The notes under the pieces: model-generated
What the model saw: only the letters and a program-made list of their open reading frames with translations
Told to the model about the DNA's origin: nothing
Database searches by the model: none
In this document: piece by piece, positions 40,206-50,502 of the stretch
How the letters are laid out: each line of letters begins with the position of its first letter
How positions within the stretch are numbered: the stretch's first letter is position 1
From: an uncultured Poribacteria bacterium
Lineage (GTDB): Bacteria; Poribacteria; WGA-4E; WGA-3G
NCBI GenBank assembly: GCA_951828385.1
Contig: OX639973.1
Coordinates: 2,329,564 to 2,393,563 of the forward strand
Length of the DNA: 64,000 nucleotides
Direction: 5' to 3'
Program-made: the position numbers and the translations under genes

Positions 40206-41585
40206 TTAACTTTTGTTGAGTCTTGAGATAAGATATTCATGCCCGCGTTCGCCTTTAACTCTGTTACAATGACTACAGAGCAGTTGTAGGTTATCAATAT
40301 GGTCAGTTCCCCCAACGGATCTCGCGATAATGTGGTCTATCTCAAGGTGTTGGGTTTGGAAATGCTCACCACAGCCGTTGCAATGCCCGCCTTGCTCTCC
40401 ATATAACTGTGTCTTGTTTTCAGGGGCGTTGTATCTCGGAATTTCGCCTAAATCCGTGCGGTTGGGTACATCGTCGCGAGCGATAATATCCTCAAGCAAT
40501 CCCTGATCGTCTTTGATACGCTTGATAACTAACTCGGCGGCTTTCGCTGATATATCAATACCTATCCAATTCCGCTGAAGTCTATCCGCTGCTACGAGGG
40601 TTGTGGCGCACCCACAGAACGGATCGAAAACAACCTCGCTTTCGTTAGATGAGGCTTCGATGATTCTATTGAGTAGAGCAACGGGCTTTTGGGTTGGGTA
40701 GCCTGTGCGTTCACCATCTCCAGAAGCAAGATACGGTATATCTGTCCAAATATTTCCGACAGGTTCACCTGAGTATTCGTCAGCGTAAATCTTGTATCTT
40801 GGCTTTCCGGTTCTCGTCCAATAGATTAGGTATGGATTTTTGGCGATTCTTTCATCAAACGTTGATTGATTCCATCTCCACCCAATATTAGAAGTTACAG
40901 TTTTGTCTCCTATTTTACGAACTTCTCCTGCACTGGACCTATTTGAATTCTGTTCCAATGCTACATGCTGAAAACGACGACCCGTTTCGGTTTCTACATG
41001 CGGAAATTTCTTGTTTAATTTTTCTGTATCTAACTGTGAGGTTACTCTATTAGCCATAACGTGTGTGTTGTCTTTAGCATAGTAAAGAAGATGATCCGAT
41101 ATAGTGTCAACGGCAGATTTTGATAGACTATGTGCCGCATAACGTTTCCATGTTATGTCTGCTAAAAAATTTTCCTTTCCAAACACCGCATCCATAACTA
41201 ACTTGAGATAGTGGCTCATTGTCGGATCACAATGAAGGTAGATAGACCCTGTATTTTTTAGAACACGCTTCATTTCAAGTAACCGAGCAGCCATGTAAAT
41301 CAGGTAAGATTTATCACTGTTTGTCATCGCAGCGTGGATGACTCGGTTAAGGACTGGATACTTTGTCTCAATTAGATCAAGCCAAGCAACATCAACATCA
41401 TTGAGTGTCCACGTATCTTTGAATTCAGCACCGGCAGCCTTAGAGCCAATCGGTGCTGCATAATTCGCATTGCTATTAAAGGGTGGGTCAAGGTAGATTA
41501 ATTCTACTGATTCACTATTTATCCCACGCATTATAGGCAGATTATCACCCGTGAATATTGTCTTTGGTTTAATATTTGCAGCCAT
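40206..41585 (-). CDS. Beta-class amino DNA methyltransferase fused to a C-terminal HNH endonuclease domain
   Basis: GDNL, LIYLDPPF, YPTQKP, DPFCGCATT; then CNGC...DHIIARSVGGTDHIDNLQLLCSHCNRVKG. Confidence 0.9.
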   Translation of the reverse strand: MAANIKPKTIFTGDNLPIMRGINSESVELIYLDPPFNSNANYAAPIGSKAAGAEFKDTWTLNDVDVAWLDLIETKYPVLNRVIHAAMTNSDKSYLIYMAARLLEMKRVLKNTGSIYLHCDPTMSHYLKLVMDAVFGKENFLADITWKRYAAHSLSKSAVDTISDHLLYYAKDNTHVMANRVTSQLDTEKLNKKFPHVETETGRRFQHVALEQNSNRSSAGEVRKIGDKTVTSNIGWRWNQSTFDERIAKNPYLIYWTRTGKPRYKIYADEYSGEPVGNIWTDIPYLASGDGERTGYPTQKPVALLNRIIEASSNESEVVFDPFCGCATTLVAADRLQRNWIGIDISAKAAELVIKRIKDDQGLLEDIIARDDVPNRTDLGEIPRYNAPENKTQLYGEQGGHCNGCGEHFQTQHLEIDHIIARSVGGTDHIDNLQLLCSHCNRVKGERGHEYLISRLNKS

Positions 41586-41752
41586 ATAAAAGAATCTCAA
41601 AAATGTTGTCTTAACGCAAGTTGCCACCTATTTACTTACATAGCAAGCCGAAGAAAATGCGTGACGTTGATGGTACCTTTTTCTATTCTCACTGCGAAAC
41701 AATTTCACCCCTCTGGGGTGGGGAAAATGCCTAAGACTTTTCGTTGAAACGT

Positions 41753-42154
41753 TCAAATGTTTTGGTCAGTTGTTTTATCAGATGCCTTTTTTGCCAATTC
41801 TGGATAGAGATCTACTAACTTCGGAAAATGTTGATCCTCGTATGTCTTAATAAGCATACCGACCAACGCCATCGCTGCCGATAATGGGTGATTTTCATCC
41901 TCGCCGACACCATAGACTAAATCATCCAGTATCGCTGAAAGTTGTTGGTACTCGGTTTCTGTTACCGTGAGGCGGCTAAGGTCTTCATTCCGATTTACAA
42001 TGCCTGCTAACAGATTTAGTAAACCTATAAGCCACTGTGCGGCACTATCTGGGTCGGGCGCAACATCAACAGATTTCTGAGTGGAAGGTTGCGTAGACAT
42101 AAGTGACACCTGTTTTTGTAAGTCCTGTGTTGTGTTTAAGAATTCCTTGTTCAA
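41753..42154 (-). CDS. HigA-like antitoxin N-terminal fragment lacking an HTH
   Basis: YQQLSAILDDL...ENHPLSAAMALVGMLIKTYEDQHFP resembles HigA N-terminal helices. Confidence 0.5.
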   Translation of the reverse strand: MNKEFLNTTQDLQKQVSLMSTQPSTQKSVDVAPDPDSAAQWLIGLLNLLAGIVNRNEDLSRLTVTETEYQQLSAILDDLVYGVGEDENHPLSAAMALVGMLIKTYEDQHFPKLVDLYPELAKKASDKTTDQNI

Positions 42155-42416
42155 AAAACGTGAATATTGAATGTTTCGACAGAAGTATTCTTGCCGATAA
42201 CTCTAAATCTCTACCTTCTATCCTGTTAAGTGCCATGCAAATTATATATCGGTTTACAAAAGATTTCAAGGAAAAGATTGCCATAATAAATTTGACTTGT
42301 TAAATGGAATATGTTATCATATACAAAGATTAGTACGGTAAAATGGGTGCAGTTTATTCAAACTCACCTAAATAACGCGAAACTCACGTAAAAGTGAGAT
42401 TCATTTCTATAGGAGA

Positions 42417-43121
42417 TTGAACGGTATGAAAATTATGTATGTATTAGCAGGATTTGTGTTGATGATAGCCTTTTGTGTTATCAGCACGAGCGACATAGCA
42501 CAGGCGGAGGAAGTCTTGGGAACAGGAACGGATGAACTGTTAGGAGGCGACCTAACCGACCCAGAAGACGATGGTGATCCTGAAGCAGATAAGGATTACG
42601 ATGCCATTTTCTCAGCCAACGATGAACCGGGATTCGCGGGCGGGGAATTTGCGTTTAACGTCTTCGATAACCGCCTTGGCCCCAGCAATGACAAATGGTG
42701 CTGCGGACGTGGAGGCGGCATCCCAGATGAAGGTCTACACGTGACAGCTGAGTTTGAGGAGCAGTACGCATTGACACACTTCACTGTATCTTCAGCGAAC
42801 GATGTTCCTGCAAGGGACCCCACAGTGTGGGAGATTCAGGGGTCGAACGACGGCGAAGAGTTTGAGACCATCTTTGCTCACGACGGCGATAGTTTTTGGG
42901 ATCAGCGCCTGCAGGTCGTCCTTTTTGAGGCGGGGGAAGATTACGACAAACAAAAAAAAGGATATCGGTTTTTTCGGCATGTTACTTTTGACACCGCATC
43001 GAACCCGGCTGGGGCGTACTTTCAAATTGGCGAAATTGAGTTCTTCGGCGATGATAGTTTTCCCGTAGACCCAAGAACCAAGCTCGCAACCACATGGGGA
43101 CGCATCAAAAACGCCCGATAA
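42417..43121 (+). CDS. Secreted discoidin/F5-8-like protein with C-terminal KLATTWGRIK tail
   Basis: AGGAG before TTG; signal peptide; SANDVPARDPTVWEIQGSNDG, YRFFR, FQIGEIEFFG. Confidence 0.75.
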   Translation: MNGMKIMYVLAGFVLMIAFCVISTSDIAQAEEVLGTGTDELLGGDLTDPEDDGDPEADKDYDAIFSANDEPGFAGGEFAFNVFDNRLGPSNDKWCCGRGGGIPDEGLHVTAEFEEQYALTHFTVSSANDVPARDPTVWEIQGSNDGEEFETIFAHDGDSFWDQRLQVVLFEAGEDYDKQKKGYRFFRHVTFDTASNPAGAYFQIGEIEFFGDDSFPVDPRTKLATTWGRIKNAR

Positions 43122-43145
43122 ACGCAAATATCGAACATTTCCTAA

Positions 43146-43192
43146 AGCGGAAACCTGAATCCAGTAATAACTGGGTTTGGGTTTCCGTTTTT
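43146..43192 (+). terminator. Intrinsic terminator
   Basis: GCGGAAACCTGAATCCAGT-loop-ACTGGGTTTGGGTTTCCGT followed by a T tract. Confidence 0.75.
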
Positions 43193-43378
43193 CATATCCG
43201 CTTGAAACTGTATGGACTCTACTGGGGAGGAGCTTTTCGATTATAAATACATAGACCCCAGTATCGAAAACTGAATAACCCGGTACCATTCGCAGGATCA
43301 TGGCAACACATCTCTGCTTGCAAACTTACCCGAAACACGGTATAATAGGCGCAAATTTGTGCTTCAGCAGGAACCGGA

Positions 43379-45307
43379 ATGGAAACCAACGGAAACGCGA
43401 AACAGAACCTTGTTAAACCGCATATTCTGCTAATCGGGTTGGTACTCGTCGCTTTTAATAGCTACTGGTGCCTGATGGGGACAGAGGTATGGCACTCTAC
43501 GCAGTTAACGATCGCCTCACTGTTCTTTAATGCGGTTTTCACGCTCCTTGTCTTCGTACTTGCCAATTTATTACTACAGCGATTCCTGCCGCGGCTGGCG
43601 ATGTCGCAAGCCGACTTACAAACCATCTACGTCATGGTGGTCATGGTAACAACCATCAGTGGACATACCATGATGGGGTACCTCATCCCAGTCCTCGCGC
43701 ATACATTTCAGTTCGCGACCCCCGAAAATGAGTGGTTATCGCTCTTTGGAAACAGTATCCCGAGTTGGATCGCCGTCAAAAGCCCGCGTATCGTAGACGG
43801 GTTCTACAACGGAGATTCTACCCTCTATAATTCTGCCACTTTAAACGCGTGGATACCGCCGGTGCTATCTTGGTCCAGTTTTGTGATCGCGCTCTGGCTG
43901 ACGTTATTAGCCGTAACGATCTTTCTCCGTAAACAGTGGACCGAAAATGAACGCCTGAATTACCCAATCGTCCAACTCCCATTAGCGTTGACGAGCAACC
44001 CGAAACGTTTCTTTACTTCACCATGGATGTGGCTCGGATTCGCGCTTGCGGGTAGTGCAGAACTGCTAAATGGGCTGAGTTTCCTGTTTCCAGAGATCCC
44101 TTCCTTACCTATTAGAAACAAATCGCTTGGACAATTCAGTTCAAAGCCGTGGAGTGCGATGGGCCCGATTCGCATCTCCTTCTATCCGTTCAGCATCGGG
44201 TTGATGTTCTTCACACCGCTGGATCTCTCGTTTTCGTGCTGGTTTTTCTGGCTACTGACCCGTCTCCAGATGGTCGTGACAGATATGTTCGGCGCACGCA
44301 ATATCTATAACCTCGAACAGCAGACGGGGGCTTGGATAGCGTTCGGATGCATCCCGTTGTGGATGGGGCGACGGCACTATGGACGTATTATCCGCAAAGT
44401 TTTCGGGGTTGCGCAACGCCGTGGCGAACCACCGCCTGACGATTCCGGTGAACCGATGCGTTACCGCACGGCTGCCGGACTGTTCACCGTAGGGTTGATA
44501 TTCCTTTTCTTCTTCTGCTTTCAAATGGGGATGACGTTCTGGGCGATTGGACTCTTTTTTCTTTTCTACTTTCCGATGATTCTCGGTATCACCCGTATCC
44601 GCGCCGAAATTGGGCCGCCCCTGCATCAACTCGTCCTTGTCGACCCCGGACGGACGATGGTACTTGCACTCGGAACACGCCGACTCGGCACCGGCAATTT
44701 GATGGGACTGACGTTCCTCTATCCGTTTGTTCGCTGTTTCCGCGCGCACCCGACACCGAGCGAACTGGAGGCATTCCGTCTGGCAGAGCAGAGTCGCATC
44801 GGGTACCGGCAACTGCTTATCGGGATGATATTGGCGATTGTGTTCGGTATCCTGATAACGTTCTGGGCATATCTACACGTCCTTTACGATATGGGTGCTG
44901 GCAGCAAAGCCCGCGGCTGGATTGTTTATATGGGGTGGGAGACGTTCAACCGTCTGCAAACGTGGCTTGTCAATCCGCGGGAGCCGGGCGTGCCAGAACT
45001 CGGCGTTATTGGCAGTAGTTTCCTATTCACGATATTCCTGATGGTCATGAAAATACGGTTTCTGTGGTGGCCGTTACATCCTGCGGGTTACGTTTTAGTC
45101 AGCGGTACAGGCATGGGAAGGTTGTGGTTTACAATCTTCTTGGGTTGGTTAGCAAAAGCAATCGTGTTAAAGATTGGCGGTGTGAAACTCTACCGACAAG
45201 CCGTGCCGTTCTTTTTGGGGTTGATCTTAGGGGATTACACGCTCGGATGTATCTGGAGCCTCATCGGATTGGTACTACAGATACCGACGTACATTGTCTG
45301 GCATTAA
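43379..45307 (+). CDS. Polytopic membrane protein (DUF6785/DUF6784-like putative transporter), copy 1
   Basis: Many TM helices; LRKQWTENERLNYP, RIRAEIG, WWPLHPAGY, PFFLGLILGD. Confidence 0.75.
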   Translation: METNGNAKQNLVKPHILLIGLVLVAFNSYWCLMGTEVWHSTQLTIASLFFNAVFTLLVFVLANLLLQRFLPRLAMSQADLQTIYVMVVMVTTISGHTMMGYLIPVLAHTFQFATPENEWLSLFGNSIPSWIAVKSPRIVDGFYNGDSTLYNSATLNAWIPPVLSWSSFVIALWLTLLAVTIFLRKQWTENERLNYPIVQLPLALTSNPKRFFTSPWMWLGFALAGSAELLNGLSFLFPEIPSLPIRNKSLGQFSSKPWSAMGPIRISFYPFSIGLMFFTPLDLSFSCWFFWLLTRLQMVVTDMFGARNIYNLEQQTGAWIAFGCIPLWMGRRHYGRIIRKVFGVAQRRGEPPPDDSGEPMRYRTAAGLFTVGLIFLFFFCFQMGMTFWAIGLFFLFYFPMILGITRIRAEIGPPLHQLVLVDPGRTMVLALGTRRLGTGNLMGLTFLYPFVRCFRAHPTPSELEAFRLAEQSRIGYRQLLIGMILAIVFGILITFWAYLHVLYDMGAGSKARGWIVYMGWETFNRLQTWLVNPREPGVPELGVIGSSFLFTIFLMVMKIRFLWWPLHPAGYVLVSGTGMGRLWFTIFLGWLAKAIVLKIGGVKLYRQAVPFFLGLILGDYTLGCIWSLIGLVLQIPTYIVWH

Positions 45308-45512
45308 AGCAGTCAGCGACCGGGAGTGCTTCGCAGTGAGAACCCTACAGAGAAGAACCCTCAATTGGGAGAACTGAATGCTGAGGCGCAACCTAACAGG
45401 GGACGCTACAAAAGAGAAAACTAAATGCCCCTGGTGTGATACACATCATCCCTTGCAAACTTACCCAAAACACTGTATAATAGACGCAAATTTGGGTTGA
45501 GGTGCTATTTTA

Positions 45513-46250
45513 GTGAGCGACGTTCCGAAAACACACCCGCGCTATCTTTCATTGACACTGCGAGACACAATCGTTGAAGGCGTAGAGCAAGGCATAACCT
45601 CTATTCATGGGCTCATCGCGCATGGGCGCGGAGAGGCGTTTGATTACCTCATCGGGGAAGCGACACACCCCTTCGCGATTGAGGCGATCCACGCTGCTGC
45701 GGTTATGCTTCTATCGGCAGCACACCCTATCATCTCCGTCAACGGGAATGTGGCAGCGTTAGCACCGGAGGGACTCATCGAACTGGGGCAGGTACTGAAC
45801 GCACCGTTAGAGGTGAACATTTTCCATACGGAAACGGGGCGGGAACAGAAAATTCGAAAACATCTCCTAAAGCACGGCGCGCCAGATGTACTGATGCCAA
45901 CAACTGAGGCGCAACTCTCCTATATCGATTCCAATCGAAAGTTCGTGCATCCCGATGGCATCTTTAAAGCGGATGTCGTTTTCGTGCCACTGGAGGATGG
46001 CGACCGATGTGAGGCACTTCAGAAGATGGGCAAAAATGTCGTGACCGTCGATCTGAACCCGATGTCGCGCACCGCGAAGCAAGCGAGCATCACCATCGTG
46101 GACAACGTCGTCCGAGCATTGCCACTGTTATGCGAAAAGATTCGGGAATTGTCAAGTGATACTACAGCACAAGACATTCTGAAAAGATACAGCAACGCAG
46201 CGGTTTTACAGAAAGCACTACAGCACATCAGCAGGAGCGTGAATGACTAA
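45513..46250 (+). CDS. Archaeal-type phosphopantothenate synthetase (4-phosphopantoate--beta-alanine ligase)
   Basis: HPRYLSL, GLIAHGRGEAFDYLIGE, ISVNGNVAAL, VPLEDGDRCEAL, DLNPMSRTA, IVDNVVRA. Confidence 0.92.
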   Translation: MSDVPKTHPRYLSLTLRDTIVEGVEQGITSIHGLIAHGRGEAFDYLIGEATHPFAIEAIHAAAVMLLSAAHPIISVNGNVAALAPEGLIELGQVLNAPLEVNIFHTETGREQKIRKHLLKHGAPDVLMPTTEAQLSYIDSNRKFVHPDGIFKADVVFVPLEDGDRCEALQKMGKNVVTVDLNPMSRTAKQASITIVDNVVRALPLLCEKIRELSSDTTAQDILKRYSNAAVLQKALQHISRSVND

Positions 46251-48180
46251 CGGAAACGCGAAGCCCAACCAAGTTAAAAGACTCGTCAAACCGCATATTC
46301 TGTTGATTGGGTTGGTGCTTGTCGCCTTTAATAGTTACTGGTGTCTGATGGGGACAGAGGTGTGGCACTCTACGCAATTGACGATTGCCTCACTGTTTTT
46401 CAATGCGGTTTTCACGCTCCTTGTCTTCGTGCTTGCCAACCTATTGCTACAGCGATTCCTGCCACGGCTGGCGATGTCGCAAGCCGATTTGCAAACCATT
46501 TATGTCATGGTCGTCATGCTAACGACGATCAGTGGGCACACGATGATGGGGTATCTGATCCCCGTCCTCGCGCATACCTTCCAATTCGCATCGCCAGAAA
46601 ACGAATGGATCCCACTTTTCGGACATCATATCCCGACGTGGATTGCCGTCAAAAGCCCGCGCGTCTTAGACGGGTTTTACAACGGCGATTCTACACTCTA
46701 CACCTCTACCACCCTAAACGCGTGGATACCGCCGGTGCTATCTTGGTCCAGTTTTGTGATCGCGCTCTGGCTGACGTTATTGGCGATAACGGTTTTTCTC
46801 CGTAAGCAGTGGACGGAAAACGAACGCCTGAACTATCCGATCGTCCAACTCCCGTTGGCACTGACGAGCAACCCGAAACGCTTTTTTACTTCACCGTGGA
46901 TGTGGCTCGGCTTTGCACTCGCAGGCGGTGCAGAACTGCTGAACGGCTTGAACTATCTGTTTCCCGATATACCTGCGCTGCCGATCAAAGGCAAAACAAT
47001 CGGGCAATTCAGCTCAAGACCGTGGAGTGCGATGGGACCGATTCATATCTCCTTCTATCCATTTAGTATCGGGTTGATGTTTTTCACACCGCTTGACCTG
47101 TCATTTTCGTGCTGGTTCTTCTGGCTTCTCAGTCGCATCCAACTGATTGTAACAGATGCGTTCGGGGCACGGAATATCTATCATCTCGAACAGCAGACGG
47201 GGGCTTGGATAGCGTTTGGGTGTATTCCGTTATGGATGGGACGGAAACACTACGGACGTATCATTCGGAAGGTATTCGGCATCGCACAACGCCGCGGCGA
47301 AGCCGCGCCTGACGATTCCCGTGAACCGATGCGCTACCGGACTGCAGCAGGGTTGTTTACTGTCGGAATGCTGTTTCTGTTCTTTTTCTGTTATCAGATG
47401 GGGATGACGTTCTGGGGAATCGGACTCTTTTTTCTATTCTATTTCCCGTTGGTTATCGGGATCACGCGTATCCGTGCCGAGATTGGACCGCCACTGCATC
47501 AACTCATCTTTGTTGACCCCGGACGGACGATGGTGCTTGCACTCGGAACACGCCGACTTGGCGCAGGTAACCTCACGGGGTTAACGTTTCTCTATCCGTT
47601 TGTCCGCTGTTTCCGCGCACATCCGACACCGAGTGAGTTAGAGGCGTTTCGGTTGGCAGAACGGAGTCGCATCGGGTACCGACAACTGCTTATTGGGATG
47701 ATATTGGCGATTGTGTTCGGTATCCTGATAACGTTTTGGGCATATCTACATGTCCTTTACGATATGGGCGCGGGGAGCAAAGCACGTGGCTGGATCGTCT
47801 ATATGGGATGGGAGACGTTCAACCGCTTACAGACGTGGCTTGTCAGTCCACGGGAAACCGCCGGACCGGAACTTGGTGTTATCGGCAGCAGTTTCCTGTT
47901 CACAATCTTCCTGATGATTATGAAGATCCGGTTTCTCTGGTGGCCCCTGCATCCGGGTGGCTATGTGCTCGTAAGCGGAACGGGGATGGGTGGCTTGTGG
48001 TTCCCGATATTTTTGAGTTGGCTGGCAAAGGCGATTGTGCTGAAGATTGGCGGTGTGAAACTCTACCGACAAGCCGTGCCGTTCTTTTTAGGATTAATCC
48101 TGGGGGATTATACGCTTGGATGCGTTTGGAGTCTCATCGGGTTGGTGCTGCAAATGCCGACTTATATCGTGTGGCACTGA
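46243..48180 (+). CDS. Polytopic membrane protein (DUF6785/DUF6784-like), copy 2
   Basis: Close full-length paralogue of 43379-45307. Confidence 0.75.
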   Translation: MTNGNAKPNQVKRLVKPHILLIGLVLVAFNSYWCLMGTEVWHSTQLTIASLFFNAVFTLLVFVLANLLLQRFLPRLAMSQADLQTIYVMVVMLTTISGHTMMGYLIPVLAHTFQFASPENEWIPLFGHHIPTWIAVKSPRVLDGFYNGDSTLYTSTTLNAWIPPVLSWSSFVIALWLTLLAITVFLRKQWTENERLNYPIVQLPLALTSNPKRFFTSPWMWLGFALAGGAELLNGLNYLFPDIPALPIKGKTIGQFSSRPWSAMGPIHISFYPFSIGLMFFTPLDLSFSCWFFWLLSRIQLIVTDAFGARNIYHLEQQTGAWIAFGCIPLWMGRKHYGRIIRKVFGIAQRRGEAAPDDSREPMRYRTAAGLFTVGMLFLFFFCYQMGMTFWGIGLFFLFYFPLVIGITRIRAEIGPPLHQLIFVDPGRTMVLALGTRRLGAGNLTGLTFLYPFVRCFRAHPTPSELEAFRLAERSRIGYRQLLIGMILAIVFGILITFWAYLHVLYDMGAGSKARGWIVYMGWETFNRLQTWLVSPRETAGPELGVIGSSFLFTIFLMIMKIRFLWWPLHPGGYVLVSGTGMGGLWFPIFLSWLAKAIVLKIGGVKLYRQAVPFFLGLILGDYTLGCVWSLIGLVLQMPTYIVWH

Positions 48181-48245
48181 TGTAAACGACTTGACATTCA
48201 GCTTGGATTTATGCTAAAATTCAGAAAACGAAGGAGTAGGAAAAA

Positions 48246-48659
48246 ATGGAACATACAACCCGCATTGAACTCGAAAATCTAAAGGATTTGCATGCGGTAG
48301 AATTAGGCGTTCGCGAATCCGAAGATGTGCGACGACTCACTATTGAAGATGCACTCGTCGATACTGGTGCAACGGGACTCTGTTTACCCAAATCACTCGT
48401 TGAACAACTCGGACTCACTCCGCTCCGAACAACAAGGGCACAAACCGCGAACGGCATCGCGGAACGCACCATCTATTCGGAGGTGCAATACACCGTCTTA
48501 GAACGAAGTGACTCTATCAAGGTAACAGACCTCCCTGAGGATGCCCCTGTCCTCGTTGGACACATGATCTTGGAGGCTCTTGACCTCTGTGTTGATATAG
48601 AAAATGGATTGATTTATAATCCTGCACACGACGGGGAATGGACGATAAAAATCCTCTGA
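48246..48659 (+). CDS. Clan AA aspartic protease (retropepsin-like)
   Basis: ALVDTGAT, LVEQLGL, TANG, LVGHMILEALDL. Confidence 0.88.
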   Translation: MEHTTRIELENLKDLHAVELGVRESEDVRRLTIEDALVDTGATGLCLPKSLVEQLGLTPLRTTRAQTANGIAERTIYSEVQYTVLERSDSIKVTDLPEDAPVLVGHMILEALDLCVDIENGLIYNPAHDGEWTIKIL

Positions 48660-48701
48660 TGGGTGAAGATACCATCAGAACTTTTCCGTTTAATGATCAA
48701 T

Positions 48702-49841
48702 ATGAAAACTACCCACAATATCCTTTTTCAAGACGCACGAGATTTGAAAAAAATTCCATCAGAAAGCGTTGACCTTGTCGTTACCTCCCCGCCGTATCCT
48801 ATGATTGAGATGTGGGATGAGATGTTTAATCATCAGAATCCAGCGATTCAGGATGCGTTAGCGAACGGTGATGGGAAGCAGGCATACGCGTTGATACACG
48901 AGATTCTCGATGCTGTGTGGAATGAAGTGTTCAGGGTTTTAAAGAACGGTAGATTTGCATGCATTAACATAGGTGATGCGACAAGAACGGTAAAAGGTGA
49001 TTTTTGTCTGTATCCGAACCACGCGAGAATCTTGACTTATCTTTTAAATATCGGGTTTTCAGCATTACCTGATATCCTCTGGCGAAAACAGGCAAACACC
49101 CCTAACAAATTTATGGGATCTGGCATGCTGCCTGCGGGGGCTTATGTGACACTGGAACATGAGTATATCTTGATAGTAAGAAAAGGCCCTAAAAGAGAAT
49201 TTAAAACAGAGGACGAAAAAGAAAATAGACGTGAGAGTGGACTGTTCTGGGAAGAGCGGAATATCTGGTATTCGGATGTTTGGACAGATATTAAGGGAAC
49301 AGGTCAGAAACTCCCGAAGGCGATGTCGCGATTAAGAAGTGCAGCATTTCCGTTCGATTTGGCATATAGACTGATCAACATGTATTCTGTGAAAGGCGAT
49401 GTGATACTCGATCCGTTTCTGGGGACGGGGACCACGACTGCGGCTGCGATGACATCGGGACGCAATAGTATCGGTGTTGAGATTGATAAGGGTTTTCAAC
49501 AAGTTATTTGTCCGATTGTGCACCATATTGTCGATTTTTCAAACGATTATTTGTCCGATAGGTTGCGAAGGCACTTTGCGTTTGTCGAAAATAGTATCCA
49601 AAATTCGGGGGCGTTAAAATATACAAACAAGCACTACGGTTGTCCGGTGGTGACGAGCCAAGAACAGTTTATTCTGTTGAACGGCTTAAAAGAGGTTTAC
49701 ACACGCGGAGATAATATCTTTGATGTCATGTATTCAATGAAACCCCAAATTTGGAATTTTGATCAACCTTCAGAAGTAGTGAACGGAAATAAAATGAAGC
49801 CGCACACAAAACCTTCTCAACTCAGCATACTGGACACATAG
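48702..49841 (+). CDS. N4-cytosine (beta-class) DNA methyltransferase
   Basis: VVTSPPY, AAFP, LDPFLGTGTT; adjacent to an MjaI-like endonuclease. Confidence 0.88.
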   Translation: MKTTHNILFQDARDLKKIPSESVDLVVTSPPYPMIEMWDEMFNHQNPAIQDALANGDGKQAYALIHEILDAVWNEVFRVLKNGRFACINIGDATRTVKGDFCLYPNHARILTYLLNIGFSALPDILWRKQANTPNKFMGSGMLPAGAYVTLEHEYILIVRKGPKREFKTEDEKENRRESGLFWEERNIWYSDVWTDIKGTGQKLPKAMSRLRSAAFPFDLAYRLINMYSVKGDVILDPFLGTGTTTAAAMTSGRNSIGVEIDKGFQQVICPIVHHIVDFSNDYLSDRLRRHFAFVENSIQNSGALKYTNKHYGCPVVTSQEQFILLNGLKEVYTRGDNIFDVMYSMKPQIWNFDQPSEVVNGNKMKPHTKPSQLSILDT

Positions 49842-49868
49842 TAACTTCACATTGCCAAATAGGTATCT

Positions 49869-50450
49869 ATGAAAATCAAACTCAAAAACGCTGAAATTCA
49901 GGAATATGTAAACGCGCCTGCTTCCGCATTTCCGAAGTACACAACCCAATTGATGAATGTCGCAAATCAGAATTCTCAAGCGACGCGACCGAGGCACATT
50001 GGACAATTGAGCGAGCTGATTCAGAAATTTCCGGGACAAACTTTTGAAGAATGGGTTACATGGTATCAGGAACAATATCCCGATGCGATTGATGAGGCGA
50101 CAGATAGAATAATCTCAATGATAGAAAACTTCAGCGAGGCTGTCGAAAAAATTGACCGCGCTATGGTTAAATCATGGGTAGAGGACCTTGTTCTTGTCAA
50201 GACATTCGCCGGACTCAAATTTCAAGAGGCAATCCTGAAAAGGTTGGCGGAAATAAAAGGCTGCGACTACCGTTTAGCGGAACCCCATGAGGAATCCCAA
50301 GGTATAGATGGGTTCGTAGGTGAAGAAGCGTATTCTATAAAGCCCAGCACCTATGATGCAATGCCAACTTTAGCGGAATCCATAGAGGTAAAGATGATTT
50401 TCTACGAGAAAAAGAAAGATGGTGTGGTATTTGAAATACCGGAAGAGTAG
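49869..50450 (+). CDS. MjaI-family type II restriction endonuclease
   Basis: FPKYTTQLMN, ATRPRHIGQLSELI, VEDLVLVKTFAGL, ESQGIDGFVG..YSIKP. Confidence 0.8.
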   Translation: MKIKLKNAEIQEYVNAPASAFPKYTTQLMNVANQNSQATRPRHIGQLSELIQKFPGQTFEEWVTWYQEQYPDAIDEATDRIISMIENFSEAVEKIDRAMVKSWVEDLVLVKTFAGLKFQEAILKRLAEIKGCDYRLAEPHEESQGIDGFVGEEAYSIKPSTYDAMPTLAESIEVKMIFYEKKKDGVVFEIPEE

Positions 50451-50502
50451 GGAGGCATATCCATTTGTGGATCTTGCCGGTAGAAAATAAGGAGATGCAA
50501 GA

